From positions 1 through 48,941 of the forward strand of contig JBNGIO010006268.1 in the NCBI GenBank assembly GCA_049999805.1: DNA of 48,941 nt, written 5' to 3'. The stretch's first letter is position 1, and each line of letters starts with the position of its first letter. Source of the stretch: Folioceros fuciformis (taxonomy: Eukaryota). Below are positions 9,935 to 20,562 of the stretch, piece by piece. A program made the translations under genes and the position numbers. The notes under the pieces are model-generated. The model made no database searches, was not told the DNA's origin, and saw only the letters and a program-made list of their open reading frames with translations.

Positions 9935-12900
9935 TCAAACAATCTCTGAACTGTTTGAGATGTTAAGAAACCTGCTGGAACCGTTATCCCCTCTGAATTC
10001 CACATCTGCAACAAGTTGATTCAAGGCTTGTTGGCACCTGCTCACAAAGGATCACGGGTAACACCTTAGCAACGACATGGCAATGAAGACTTGAAGCGAC
10101 TGGCAAAGCCATTACATCCAACGCGACCAAAGTCCGTCCCCGTACTTACTTCCATGGCAGATGGTCAAGGAACATGGATGGCGACACCACAATGTCCCTG
10201 AAGTGCGAGCAGTCCCTGAGAAGAGCCCTGTGCCGGTGCTTGTGACATTCACTATGCAAAGTGCGTCTCCTGTTTGCCTTCAGATCGCAGATGACATGTA
10301 TAATTAGTCCAGGTATAAACATCTCTGCAGGCCACAGTTTCTCCACTGCTGCTGCCATGCAAGTATTATCCATAGATCCAAACAACTGTGGCTCTTCAGA
10401 AATCTGCAACTCTACGTGGCTGCAACTCTCCTCTGGGACTGGACTTTCTGCCCCACTGTATTTCCTACATGTGCTGAGAAGCCCCTCTGCATCCTCACCA
10501 TGGCAACTTTCACCCCCTGCACGCATACCACAGACTTCTCCATCAGCATCTTCAGACATGCAAACACTGGTCCTTCCACCAACAAAATCTGATCCAGTAC
10601 ATGCCGTTATGTCCTCTGCCCCGGGTAGACATGCAGAGCCTTCAGCTGATTCAACCAACGTTTCCAATTCCTTGGTTGGACTGGCATCTAAGGATCCATT
10701 ACACATGAGCTGAGAGCTACTAGCCGGCATGAGCTGATAGCTACTTGGCACATGTATGGGTTTGGAACCACTCTTAGGGATTGGACGTTTTGCTTCGCAC
10801 TCCGTCATGTGCATAATACATCGGCATGTATGAGAACAGAGACAACGACCACCTTTCAATGAGTTGATAAATCGCCGTCGAAAGTACTGAGGGTTCTCGT
10901 CCTTGGATGTAGATGAAGAGTTGTGAACTGGAGGACAGCTTTGTTCGGATTCCAAAACTTTTTGCGAGCCCCAACACCGCCAAAGATTCATGACCACAGC
11001 AGAATCAGCATGCACATCTTTTAACTTGACAAGTGCTTTCTCCCGCAACTTCATGATAGATGACAGAGACAGCCGAGAGGAGAACTCATCATTGTAGACT
11101 ATGCTGCAGACATCAGCAAAGAGATTTGTTCTCAAGGACGTGTGGCAAGTGTATCAGTGACAAATAGAACACCTTCACCCCCATAATGGGTACCTGGTTA
11201 TGAAGCTGGAACACGCTTTGGCTGTGGCAGCATCTAGACATGGTAGTAACCCATAAGCATACACATGTAACGAAGGGAACCGATCATAGAGCTGCAGTGC
11301 CCAGCCATATCAGGGGTCAGAATAAGTTGAGCACAGGCCGTATACAAGCAACTTCAGTTGGCTCCAAGCATCACATCGACCGTACCCTTAATGCTGTCAA
11401 GGAAGCGATAGCACCCCCCAATGAATGACCAACAAATCGGAGAGAATATCCATCACACGGTCCTCCTGGAGCAAGAAGTGATGACAGCCACCCTGGTTCA
11501 CTTTGAAGAAACTGTTGATCACCTGTTTGGTACACAAAAGTGTGAAAAGTAAGCGATCCACGCTTCTTTAACTGTACAGAGTGTGATAGACGACAAGGTC
11601 AATCCCACTCATACTGTATCTTGGAATGGTGGCTTCACTGCCATCAGCGCCCACTAAGGTTGTGTCATCCTCTTCCAGACGGCCATCCAGCTGCATTGCA
11701 AGTTCTCTTGCTGCTGCTACCACTCCGATGTGGCCAAAATGAGGACTTGTGCAGGCTATCTCCTGTTTCATGGTGTCAGGGATTTGCTGGCTTCTGCAAC
11801 ATCAAAATACACAATGAAGTCATCACTAGCCATCACGGCGGAAGAAGAACATGTAACTCTAGCCTTTTGAAAACTACTATGAGCTGTGTAAACGTTCATC
11901 AAATCTTACTTTAGCAGTCCTTGTAGATCGGAATCTGACAACACACATTCCTTTCCCAGGCCATCCGTGATAAGATCTTCAGGAGTCTCGGTTCCACGTA
12001 CAGCTACCACCACAGTTTGCAAATCATGAAGGGCTGCAACAAAATACACTGCCTCCCTGTTCATCTGCACACTGCCTTTCGTAAGTCACTGATAACCAGT
12101 AGCTCCATCAATCAGGTGCATCGTGGAGCACATGATTTGAACACTGAATTGCCAGCAAGTTGAACAGAGTACCTGACAGACTCGTCCTTTGAGCAGGGCA
12201 TGTGCAGGAAGCTTCACATGTCTGAGGAAAGCTGCTGCATGCCCCCGCCACCAATTATCACCATCCAATGATGGCCTCCTGATACCAGAAGTCATACAAC
12301 GTGAGCAAGTTCATCTCAACATCCTTGCAAACACCACAGCATATTCAGTCCAGCAAACCTGTTACGATTCCAAGCCGTAAAAAGACCTTGTCTGTACAAC
12401 CATGCACACAGAAATGTGGACCGGTGTCGCCCAACATCCAGCAGCGGTCCCTGTTTGTACACATACAAAAGTTATGAAAACTTTGCACAAGAAGACTGCA
12501 TGTGCAAGTTCTCCGATGCCAACTAGCTGCCTCAGTCTGAAAAAATCGAACAGACTAATCCTTTTATTTTTCTGGGGACCAATCCATGTAAACATGTGAG
12601 CAAGTTCACAGAAAACAAAATACCGTGTACGCTGCCACTGCGTACGGGTGCAGCGACGTAGCTTCACGCAGAAGATCACGTGATGCCTCTGGATGCTCCT
12701 CAAACACCGGTGGTTTTGGCATGGGCTCGTGAAGGAGAGCAACTCCTGAACACAGGAATTTGTTGTTAAAGAGCAGAGCAAGTCCAGACAGTGGCACACA
12801 ACACCTAGCATTCGTGAACAGCTTACGACATAACTATGCATAACTAGCTCTGGTTAAAAGGTGGGTCAGCAACAGAAAGGGCACACCTGCGAGAAACTCC

Positions 12901-13983
12901 AGGTGACCAGGACCTTCAGCCCGATATGCAACCAGTTCACCAAGAAGTGAAGCTACAGAATCCACCTCCTCCTTCTTAAGCACATCCCTGGGGATTACCG
13001 AGAAGCAGTAAATTGGTACACAGGCAGCCCCAATCCAATCAACGTAACGCAAGACAAAACCAATATGAGCATCTGCCACTCACATGTACTGCGACCTCCC
13101 AAGGCAGCAAAGTACTTCTCTGATCCCATAATCAAACATCTCACGATAATGTGCCCGCCAGGCTTCAGCCCGCCGCTCATACAATGACCTCCATGTGAGA
13201 ACATCTGATCCAGCACAACACTGAACCACAGCCTGTATCCATGCTGCAGCTGGAACGATTGTAAAGGGAACATGAAGCCATCTTCCAGCATGCCTTGCTC
13301 CACCTGTAAGTCACTAGCCTCAGCAACCTGACTTGACCGTAGAAGTTCACAAGACAACATAGAAGCCCTAACCAGTTGCAAGTGCTACACTCCAGGACAT
13401 CAAGACCAGTGTGCATGTCAAGCTTCCAGAGTTCCTACATCAACCCACCAGAACAATGTCTACGATAGAAGTCCGTCCCAAATGATGAACTCCTCCACAA
13501 TACAAACGTGATGTTTGCAGCAGCTGCCACCTGTAAAAACGTCACCACGTGGCCTGCTCTTGACAACCAGAGCCAGCATCTGTACCAAGTCTGCACAACG
13601 GAGACCAACACAAGAATCAGGAAGTGCCGTCGAGGTCACAAATTAGCAACGTTTCCAGACGTGGAAAATGACAAAGCTGCAGACTCTACCCGTCGCTTAT
13701 GACGAGTGGCAGAGGTTCCCAATGGCTCTCTTTCCTCTGCCAACATGGTAGAAGCCGTGGCCACCTGAACGAATGCAATAACCCATATCCACAACGTGCG
13801 GGAAGTTGATCCCAAAGCTACAAGACTTGATGCAACAAAGATATCTCTTGGACACCCGAATCTTCTCGATGCCGCAGCAACGGCCAAAGCTCCTGCTAGC
13901 AGAGCCCCATTCAACACAGCAAGCAGGATGACAACAAGTCGAATATTTCGCACCCTGCATTGTTCAAAGATCCCCGACTCCAT
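9935..13983 (-). CDS. Lipase class 3 / sn1-diacylglycerol-lipase-like protein with N-terminal TM helices, multi-exon
   Basis: Hydrophobic N-terminus (MESGIFEQCRVRNIRLVVILLAVLNG). Motifs VVAVRGTETPEDLITD (~11970-12020), HFGHIGVVAAAREL, catalytic elbow FVGHSLGG (~11414-11437), IVYNDEFSSRLS and C-terminal MFLDHLPW. The last exon 10038-9935 ends in TGA. Internal exon borders were not all resolved. Confidence 0.88.
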
Positions 13984-14752
13984 CCCTGCCAAAGTCTTGC
14001 AATCATCACCTTCTTCAAAACGATCGTGTTTCACATTATCACGTCCCCTCCCACGACATATCAAACCTCTCTCGAGAACCCATGCGATGACCCAGCCAGC
14101 CCAAAGAAGCACACATTTCCAACCTTTGACTCCTTTTCCCACGCATGCCACATAGTGTCTTCTGCAACCTCTTGCAAACCGGGCAACCAACTTGAGCCCC
14201 GATCTCGCAGCATAGTGGAGCATGTACAACCACGACCATGCTCATCCGCTATACGGACAGCGTCGAGAACAATATAGCCAAGGAGGCAACGTCTCTGTCC
14301 AAACCTAGCCCCATAATTCCCAAATTCAGAACCACCCAAAATTTGATACCCCCCTTCCTGGATCAGGAGATTCGATCGGCATGACCCACAAACAGCTCGG
14401 ATCTAACGGCTTCCTCCAAGTGCTTCTGAAACGAATTCCGAGGGGCCAAGGTCTTACTCTCCAAGCTACGTCAATGCACCACTACCTCACCGCCGCGCAC
14501 AACAAGCTCTTGCAGATGTACATAACAGCGGAAGAATTGCAGGCTGTGTCAGGAGGTCAAGAACAGCAGTCTAATGAAACTAGCAGACTATTTGTTGACT
14601 GTGGTGGACGCCAATTTCCCCAGCCCCCGGGATCCATCCTTCCGGCTTTTGTGGCCGACATGCTGGATGCGGCGGCCGGGCACGACGTCTGACGGGCTTG
14701 GGTGACGAAGCTGCGGATTCTGCTTTTGGCGTAGCAGCCGGTGCACGTAGCT

Positions 14753-17260
14753 ATGGAGGTTGCAGAATGGAACATGCTTCAGAATCGCTTCTACCGAAAG
14801 CACGAGATCCACGCCATGCGATGGCAGGATGTGGATCTGAGCAGGCACAAGGTGGCGTGCGCCAGGTTCGGGGGTCCCATCGCCATGATCAGAGACGAGT
14901 CCAAAATGGTGCAGCTGAGATCGGAGTCGGTGCGGCCCAAGCTGCTAATCTTCTCCGCCTGCGGGAAACTGCTCTCCAGCTTCGTGTGGGAGAGGCCCGG
15001 GGGCAGGCTCATCTCCATCGGATGGACGGACGAGGAAATTCTGCTGTGCGTGGTGCAGGACGGGACCATCTTCCAGTATAACGTCCACGGGGAGCTCTTG
15101 GAGCAGACCCTGTCGCTTGGGGAGGATTGCTGGGGCGAGGGGGTCTCGGAGTGCGTCATCTGGGGGAGTGGGCTGGTCTGCTTGACGGAAGCCAACAATC
15201 TGTTCTGCATTCCGGATCTGAAGCAACCTCAGGCAGTGAGGCTCGCAGATCCCGGGCTGGAAGACCCTCCGCACTGCATGGCGGTCCTGGAGCCGCAGTA
15301 TACTGTGTCGGGGCACGTGGAGGTTTTGCTGGCAGTGGGGGCAACGGTCTTGCTGGTGGATGCTGATACCGTGCAGGACCAGATGCTGAACATCGGTCCT
15401 TTGCAGAGGATGGTGGTGTCTGTGGGGGGGAGCTTTTTGGCCTGTTTCACACACGATGGCCGGTTGCTTGTTGTGTCGTCTGATTTGTCTAAGACGTTGG
15501 TGGATTACAACACGCAGTCAGCTTTGCCTCCGGAGCAGTTAGTCTGGTGTGGGTCGGACAGTGTGGTGCTATACTGGGAAGAGCAGCTGTTGATGGTTGG
15601 GCCTGATGGGGAGATTCGCTACCCGTATGACGAGCCCATCTTCCTCATTCCGGAATGTGATGGTGTGAGAGTTCTGTCAAATTCTGCTACCGAGTTTTTG
15701 CAGCGGGTTCCGGATTCCACTGTTTCCATCTTTGGGTTTGGAAGCACGTCTCCTGCAGCTATGTTGTATGATGCCTTGGACCACTATGATAAGAGGAGTG
15801 CTAAGGCCGATGAGAACATCCGGCTCATTCAGTCTTCGCTGCATGAGGCTGTGGAGTCATGCATAGATGCTGCGGGCCATGAGTTTGATCCTGCTACGCA
15901 GAAGACCTTGATGCGGGCTGCTTCTCATGGCTTGGCTTTCTGCACCACCTTCCCGCAAAACCGGTTTCGGGAGATGTGCAAAACGCTGAGGGTTCTTAAC
16001 GCTGTGCGTAGTTTTGATGTGGGGATTCCACTCAGCATTCAGCAGTTCAAGGTTCTTACCGCACCTGTTTTGGTTGCCAGGCTGGTGAACGCCAGAATGC
16101 ACTTGCTGGCACTCCGGATCTCAGAGTTTTTGGGGTTGAGCCAGGAGACAGTGCTGGTGCACTGGGCTTGCTCTAAGATTGCTGCTGCCACTGACGTCCC
16201 AGACTCCGTGGTTTTGCATTTGCTTGTTGAGAAGCTCAGTATTTGTGCCGGGACTTCGTTTGCTGCAGTGGCTGCTCATGCTCATCGCAGCGGTCGACAG
16301 AAGCTAGCAGCACTTCTGCTGGATTACGAACCCAGATCGTCTGAGCAGGTGCCTCTTTTGACTAGCATGGGGGAGGAGGAAAGGGCATTGGTGAAGGCCA
16401 TCGATAGCGGGGACACTGATCTAGTGTATTTTGCCATCTTCTACCTTCTGCGGCAACGCTCGGCTGCCGAGTTTATGAAGACTATACACGCCAAGCCCCT
16501 CTCTCGGGCGCTCTTCATCATCTATGCAAAGCAGAATGACCATGAGCTGTTAAAGAAGTTCTTCCAAGCCACTGGACAACCACAGGGGGTAGCTCTGGTA
16601 TTGTGGAGAGAATCTTGGGAACAATCTAGGACGTCTGTTGTGGGTGCAGAAGCACAGCTCCCTGTCACCCGGTTGAGAATGATTGAGCAAGCGCACGGTT
16701 TGTATTCACAGCTCAAGGATCACTCCTATGAAGCCAGTGTCACGGATGATTATCTGAGACTGCTGAAGGTGCAACTGGAGCTCGAGGCTGCTACTGGGCA
16801 GGCTATTTTTGTTGATTCCAGTGTCAGTGACACCATAAAGACATGTATAATGCTGGGCAACCATCGAGCAGCCCAGAAAATTAGAACGGACTTCAAGCTT
16901 TCTGATAAGCGTTTCTGGTGGCTCAAGGTTTTTGCCTTAGCAGCCCTCAGGGACTGGGCAGCACTTGAGAAGTTCTCTACCGAGAAAAAGTCGCCTATTG
17001 GATACATGCCATTCGTTGAGGCGTGCTTAGAGGAGGGGGAGAATGCCGAAGCATTGAAGTATGTATCCAGGGTTTCCGATGCCGAGCAGAGAGCTGAGGC
17101 ATATGAACGTCTAGGTATGGCAAAAGAAGCGGCTGAGGCAGCTGCACAAGCAAAGGATGGACCATTGGGCCGCCTCAAGCTACCAGGGTTTGGAAGCAAC
17201 ACTGCCGCTGGAGCGCTTATTGACACTCTGAGAGACCGACTGACACTGCAGGCACAATAG
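14753..17260 (+). CDS. VPS16: Vacuolar protein sorting 16 (VACUOLELESS1), HOPS/CORVET subunit, single exon
   Basis: One uninterrupted ORF of 835 aa from the ATG at 14753. Motifs VACARFGGPIAMIRD, LIPECDGVRVLS, ALVKAIDSGDTDLVY, DKRFWWLKVFALA, KKSPIGYMPFVEAC. Confidence 0.95.
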   Translation: MEVAEWNMLQNRFYRKHEIHAMRWQDVDLSRHKVACARFGGPIAMIRDESKMVQLRSESVRPKLLIFSACGKLLSSFVWERPGGRLISIGWTDEEILLCVVQDGTIFQYNVHGELLEQTLSLGEDCWGEGVSECVIWGSGLVCLTEANNLFCIPDLKQPQAVRLADPGLEDPPHCMAVLEPQYTVSGHVEVLLAVGATVLLVDADTVQDQMLNIGPLQRMVVSVGGSFLACFTHDGRLLVVSSDLSKTLVDYNTQSALPPEQLVWCGSDSVVLYWEEQLLMVGPDGEIRYPYDEPIFLIPECDGVRVLSNSATEFLQRVPDSTVSIFGFGSTSPAAMLYDALDHYDKRSAKADENIRLIQSSLHEAVESCIDAAGHEFDPATQKTLMRAASHGLAFCTTFPQNRFREMCKTLRVLNAVRSFDVGIPLSIQQFKVLTAPVLVARLVNARMHLLALRISEFLGLSQETVLVHWACSKIAAATDVPDSVVLHLLVEKLSICAGTSFAAVAAHAHRSGRQKLAALLLDYEPRSSEQVPLLTSMGEEERALVKAIDSGDTDLVYFAIFYLLRQRSAAEFMKTIHAKPLSRALFIIYAKQNDHELLKKFFQATGQPQGVALVLWRESWEQSRTSVVGAEAQLPVTRLRMIEQAHGLYSQLKDHSYEASVTDDYLRLLKVQLELEAATGQAIFVDSSVSDTIKTCIMLGNHRAAQKIRTDFKLSDKRFWWLKVFALAALRDWAALEKFSTEKKSPIGYMPFVEACLEEGENAEALKYVSRVSDAEQRAEAYERLGMAKEAAEAAAQAKDGPLGRLKLPGFGSNTAAGALIDTLRDRLTLQAQ

Positions 17261-18007
17261 AAAGGTCTGGGCATTTCTGTTCTTCATCCCTACTCAGCTT
17301 TTCCCGGCTTCCCCAGCAGCTGATAGTAGAGACTGGGAGGGAGAAGGAATTTGTCCGGCAACGAAGATATTGCAAGGTACGTGGAATATCGGACAGGTTG
17401 CTCTCTGCAACGATTTCTTGCTCACAAAGGATACAGTGATTACTTCTACATGCAACTGGAATCAAGTTGTGTGAGCATCCATTGTCTGGAATGGCAGAGC
17501 ATGTGTGGCCACACAGCCATCCGAAGAACGAGCGAACCTGGGTGATGACTCCTAATACAGCTGTTTGTACAGGGCTCCCAAGTTGTGCAGTGCATTGGCA
17601 TGTTCCCAAGTTTTGTCTGCCACGGTTGAGCGGAGTGATGATGTCTTAGGCTGTTGGCTATTGGCAGTTGAATTGCAGGGTGACCAAAATGATTGGATCA
17701 ACATCACGCGGTGATTCAATCTTCAACCTGAGATGTGAGATGTCTGTCACGATTCATACTCTGCACCACATAACTGAACTACAAAGACAACCGACGCATA
17801 CACAGTGGCTCGTTTGGGCAAGTGGTTCTGCGGCCACATTTATATTTTGTGACTCATCAGACAGATGAAGGTGAAACGTTCCTTCACGCCAGGTTAAGGT
17901 TTCCTAGCAGGGAATTTACGTGAATAAAGGGCTCAACAGTGGTCCGACGTCGTCTAGGGTTATATCGTCGTCGTCCCGGTGCTCCTCTAACGCTCCGTTG
18001 CAATCCG

Positions 18008-18592
18008 ATGGCAGAAGCCGGGAAGGAAACGCCGTCCTCACCGGAGGCCACCAGTGCCTCCGTGTCGGAATCTTGCAGGAAGAAGAAAGCAGATGGGGCT
18101 ACCTTTATGCAAGACGTGCTTGATCATATTGATGAGTTCGTCCACGCATCCATGGAAGATCACAAAAACTGCTTCCACAAGTCCATGAGCAAGGTACGCC
18201 ACAAACATGTTGCAGATCTTCTTCCATTAGCGGTGCGGGGGAACCTTCGGGCTGAGATCAACTGAGAGCTTTGGTTTGCTCGTCATACTTGTCCGTGCGT
18301 TGCTTTTGCCGATTTCGGCGGGTCTAGGTGGGGCATGCCCAGGGCATTTNNNNNNNNNNNNNNNNNNNNNNNNNNNNNNNNNNNNNNNNNNNNNNNNNNN
18401 NNNNNNNNNNNNNNNNNNNNNNNNNNNNNNNNNNNNNNNNNNNNNNNNNGGTCTAGGTGGGGCATGCCCAGGGCATTTGTTGGAATAACGTGAATTTGAT
18501 TGCAGATGTTTGGATTGACCAAATCTGTGAGCCAGCCTGCCTCGTCTGTCGAAAGCGTTATTCCGTTGAGAGTAACTACCTCAGATTCGTAG
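18008..18592 (+). CDS. Small conserved plant protein of unknown function (~90 aa), exons 18008-18193 and 18506-18592
   Basis: SCRKKKADGATFMQDVLDHIDEFVHASMEDHKNCFHKSMSK|MFGLTKSV...VESVIPLRVTTSDS*. Canonical aag|gtac...tgcag| phase-0 intron (it contains an N-gap). The motif resembles an uncharacterised plant family as I recall it. Confidence 0.8.
18321..18478. other. Assembly gap (100 N) with duplicated flank
   Basis: GGTCTAGGTGGGGCATGCCCAGGGCATTT appears on both sides of the N run. Confidence 0.85.
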
Positions 18593-19756
18593 GATTGCTT
18601 GGGGAGGGGCTTTGGTTGACAGTGCGATGGCTGCAATCTCCGGAGGGTTTGCTTGCTGTGTGAAAAACTGTCGACGACATTAGGCAATGGTTTCGGTGGC
18701 AGATCTTGGCTGGATTGCAATGCCAGGCCCGCGTCTCTGCGTCCTGGACTTTAAACAGGGGTGGGCATTGCTAGCTGTCACCCTGGTAGGCCGATGGAGC
18801 GCACTAAAGACGGATTTCCGTCATGGCAACTTGACATTTGACCCAAGGGCATCCTTCCGATTCAGGAACCATCTCAAGTACCGATCTTCTTATAAATGTG
18901 TGTCCATAAAGTTCTTATTATTGTAGGCGTTGCCTTTGGAGTAAACCATTCCTAGGGATGTTGTTTACAATCATGGATCCTTCGTTTGATTCCCCACTCA
19001 GAACACCACAGTCTAACATCGTTGGGATTTCTGAGCAAAGGAAGGACATTTTTCACTTACGGTCTTATCCCATGAGTTGCAAGGCTACCTCTTTCGCGGC
19101 ACAATCTCTTGTCGTGCAATTCTGCCACAGGTATGGGTTTTTCTTCCAGCTTGTCCCAGGTGTGTTGCGAATGTGGCACCAACTTTATGTTTTAGTAAAC
19201 CATATTAATGTTCCGGGGCTCAGCCGTCCGAGAGCTAATTGGCTCCATTTCCCAAAGTTATCCATCACGATGGCAAATACTTCTCCGTTGCACGTGCAGA
19301 TGCCCAAAAAATTAACTCCCTTCTTCTCTGGCATGCCGAAGAATCTCTGTCCTCTTTTTTCACAATACACACCTTGCTACTGACTACTCTGGTGGCCAAA
19401 ACCAAGCAAGAAGAAGAAAAAAAGCCACACTTGCGACTACCTACCCTACCCTACCCCTCACCGCTCCCCTATCAATCCTAAACTCCTCTATTTCGCTAAA
19501 CCTATCCCGACCCACTCCTCTCTGCGCTGGCCCTTTAGGGTTAAACACCTGAACCCTAAACACTTCCCCTATTTTTTTCTCTCCAAACCTATGCCACACT
19601 ACTCTCTTCTTCCTTCGTTAAAAAATAACAATAAAAAATACTTTTTGCTCCAGTGTGTTGTTGGGTGTAATGTCTTTTTGTGATTGGATCACATCAGACC
19701 GCCAAAGAGAACAGCCTGAAACAAGGAATTTCTTTTCTTATGCCCTAGGAGTTTAG

Positions 19757-19833
19757 TGCAATGCTTCCTTTGGTTTCTGCAATGTCTCCTTTGGTTTCTG
19801 CAATGTCTCCTTTGGTTTCTGCAATGTCTCCTT
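19757..19833. repeat. 21-bp tandem repeat, ~3.6 copies
   Basis: TGCAATGTCTCCTTTGGTTTC is repeated (reads PKETLQK on the minus strand). Confidence 0.85.
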
Positions 19834-20562
19834 AGGTGAAATCACGAAAAAGGGCAGCTTAAAAATCGGAATTCTCCAGTATAAGCTTTCCTGTGTAAGC
19901 TCCTTACACAAGAACTTTCTTTTCCTATGTACTCCTTGGTGCAATGTTCCCTTTCTTTTCCTGTGTTCCTTTCCTTGAATCGCTGAGGAGGACCAGGGAG
20001 GACAATCTAGAATCAGGAATCCAGGAGTCACATGCACCCAGATCCACCACAAAAAAAAAACTTCAAATAAGGGGACATTGAGTGTTCCTGGTTGACATGC
20101 CATACCCTCCAACGAGGTAATGCAGGCCGTCAGTCCACTCGAAACAACAAACAGAACTGTTGTTGGGATGTGCCAAAAATGTTTAGCCCATCGCTTGGGC
20201 CCCATGCTTTTCCCGTGACCCAAAAGGCTAGTAAGAGTAAATGCTATTCTGGTATTACATGAGATTAGACTACAAGCCTGCGGATGCAAAGATCAGGATG
20301 CTCGAAGTTAAAAAAATTCCAACCAAACTACTCTCGTACGACCCACAGGGCTGGAAAGAGTCAATGGCTAATTTGGGTCTAACAATAATCCAGACTAGGG
20401 GCCTGCGGATTTCAAGCTCGGCATACTACAGTCATGGAATTCTTATCAACCTGCCTGGCAGCAGATGTTCTGCAAAGTGTTAAGATAAAAAATAAAAAAA
20501 TAGTAGCCCTGAAATACTGGTGCAAAGTCGCCGCAAATGACTCTGCACATCAAAGATGCCAC

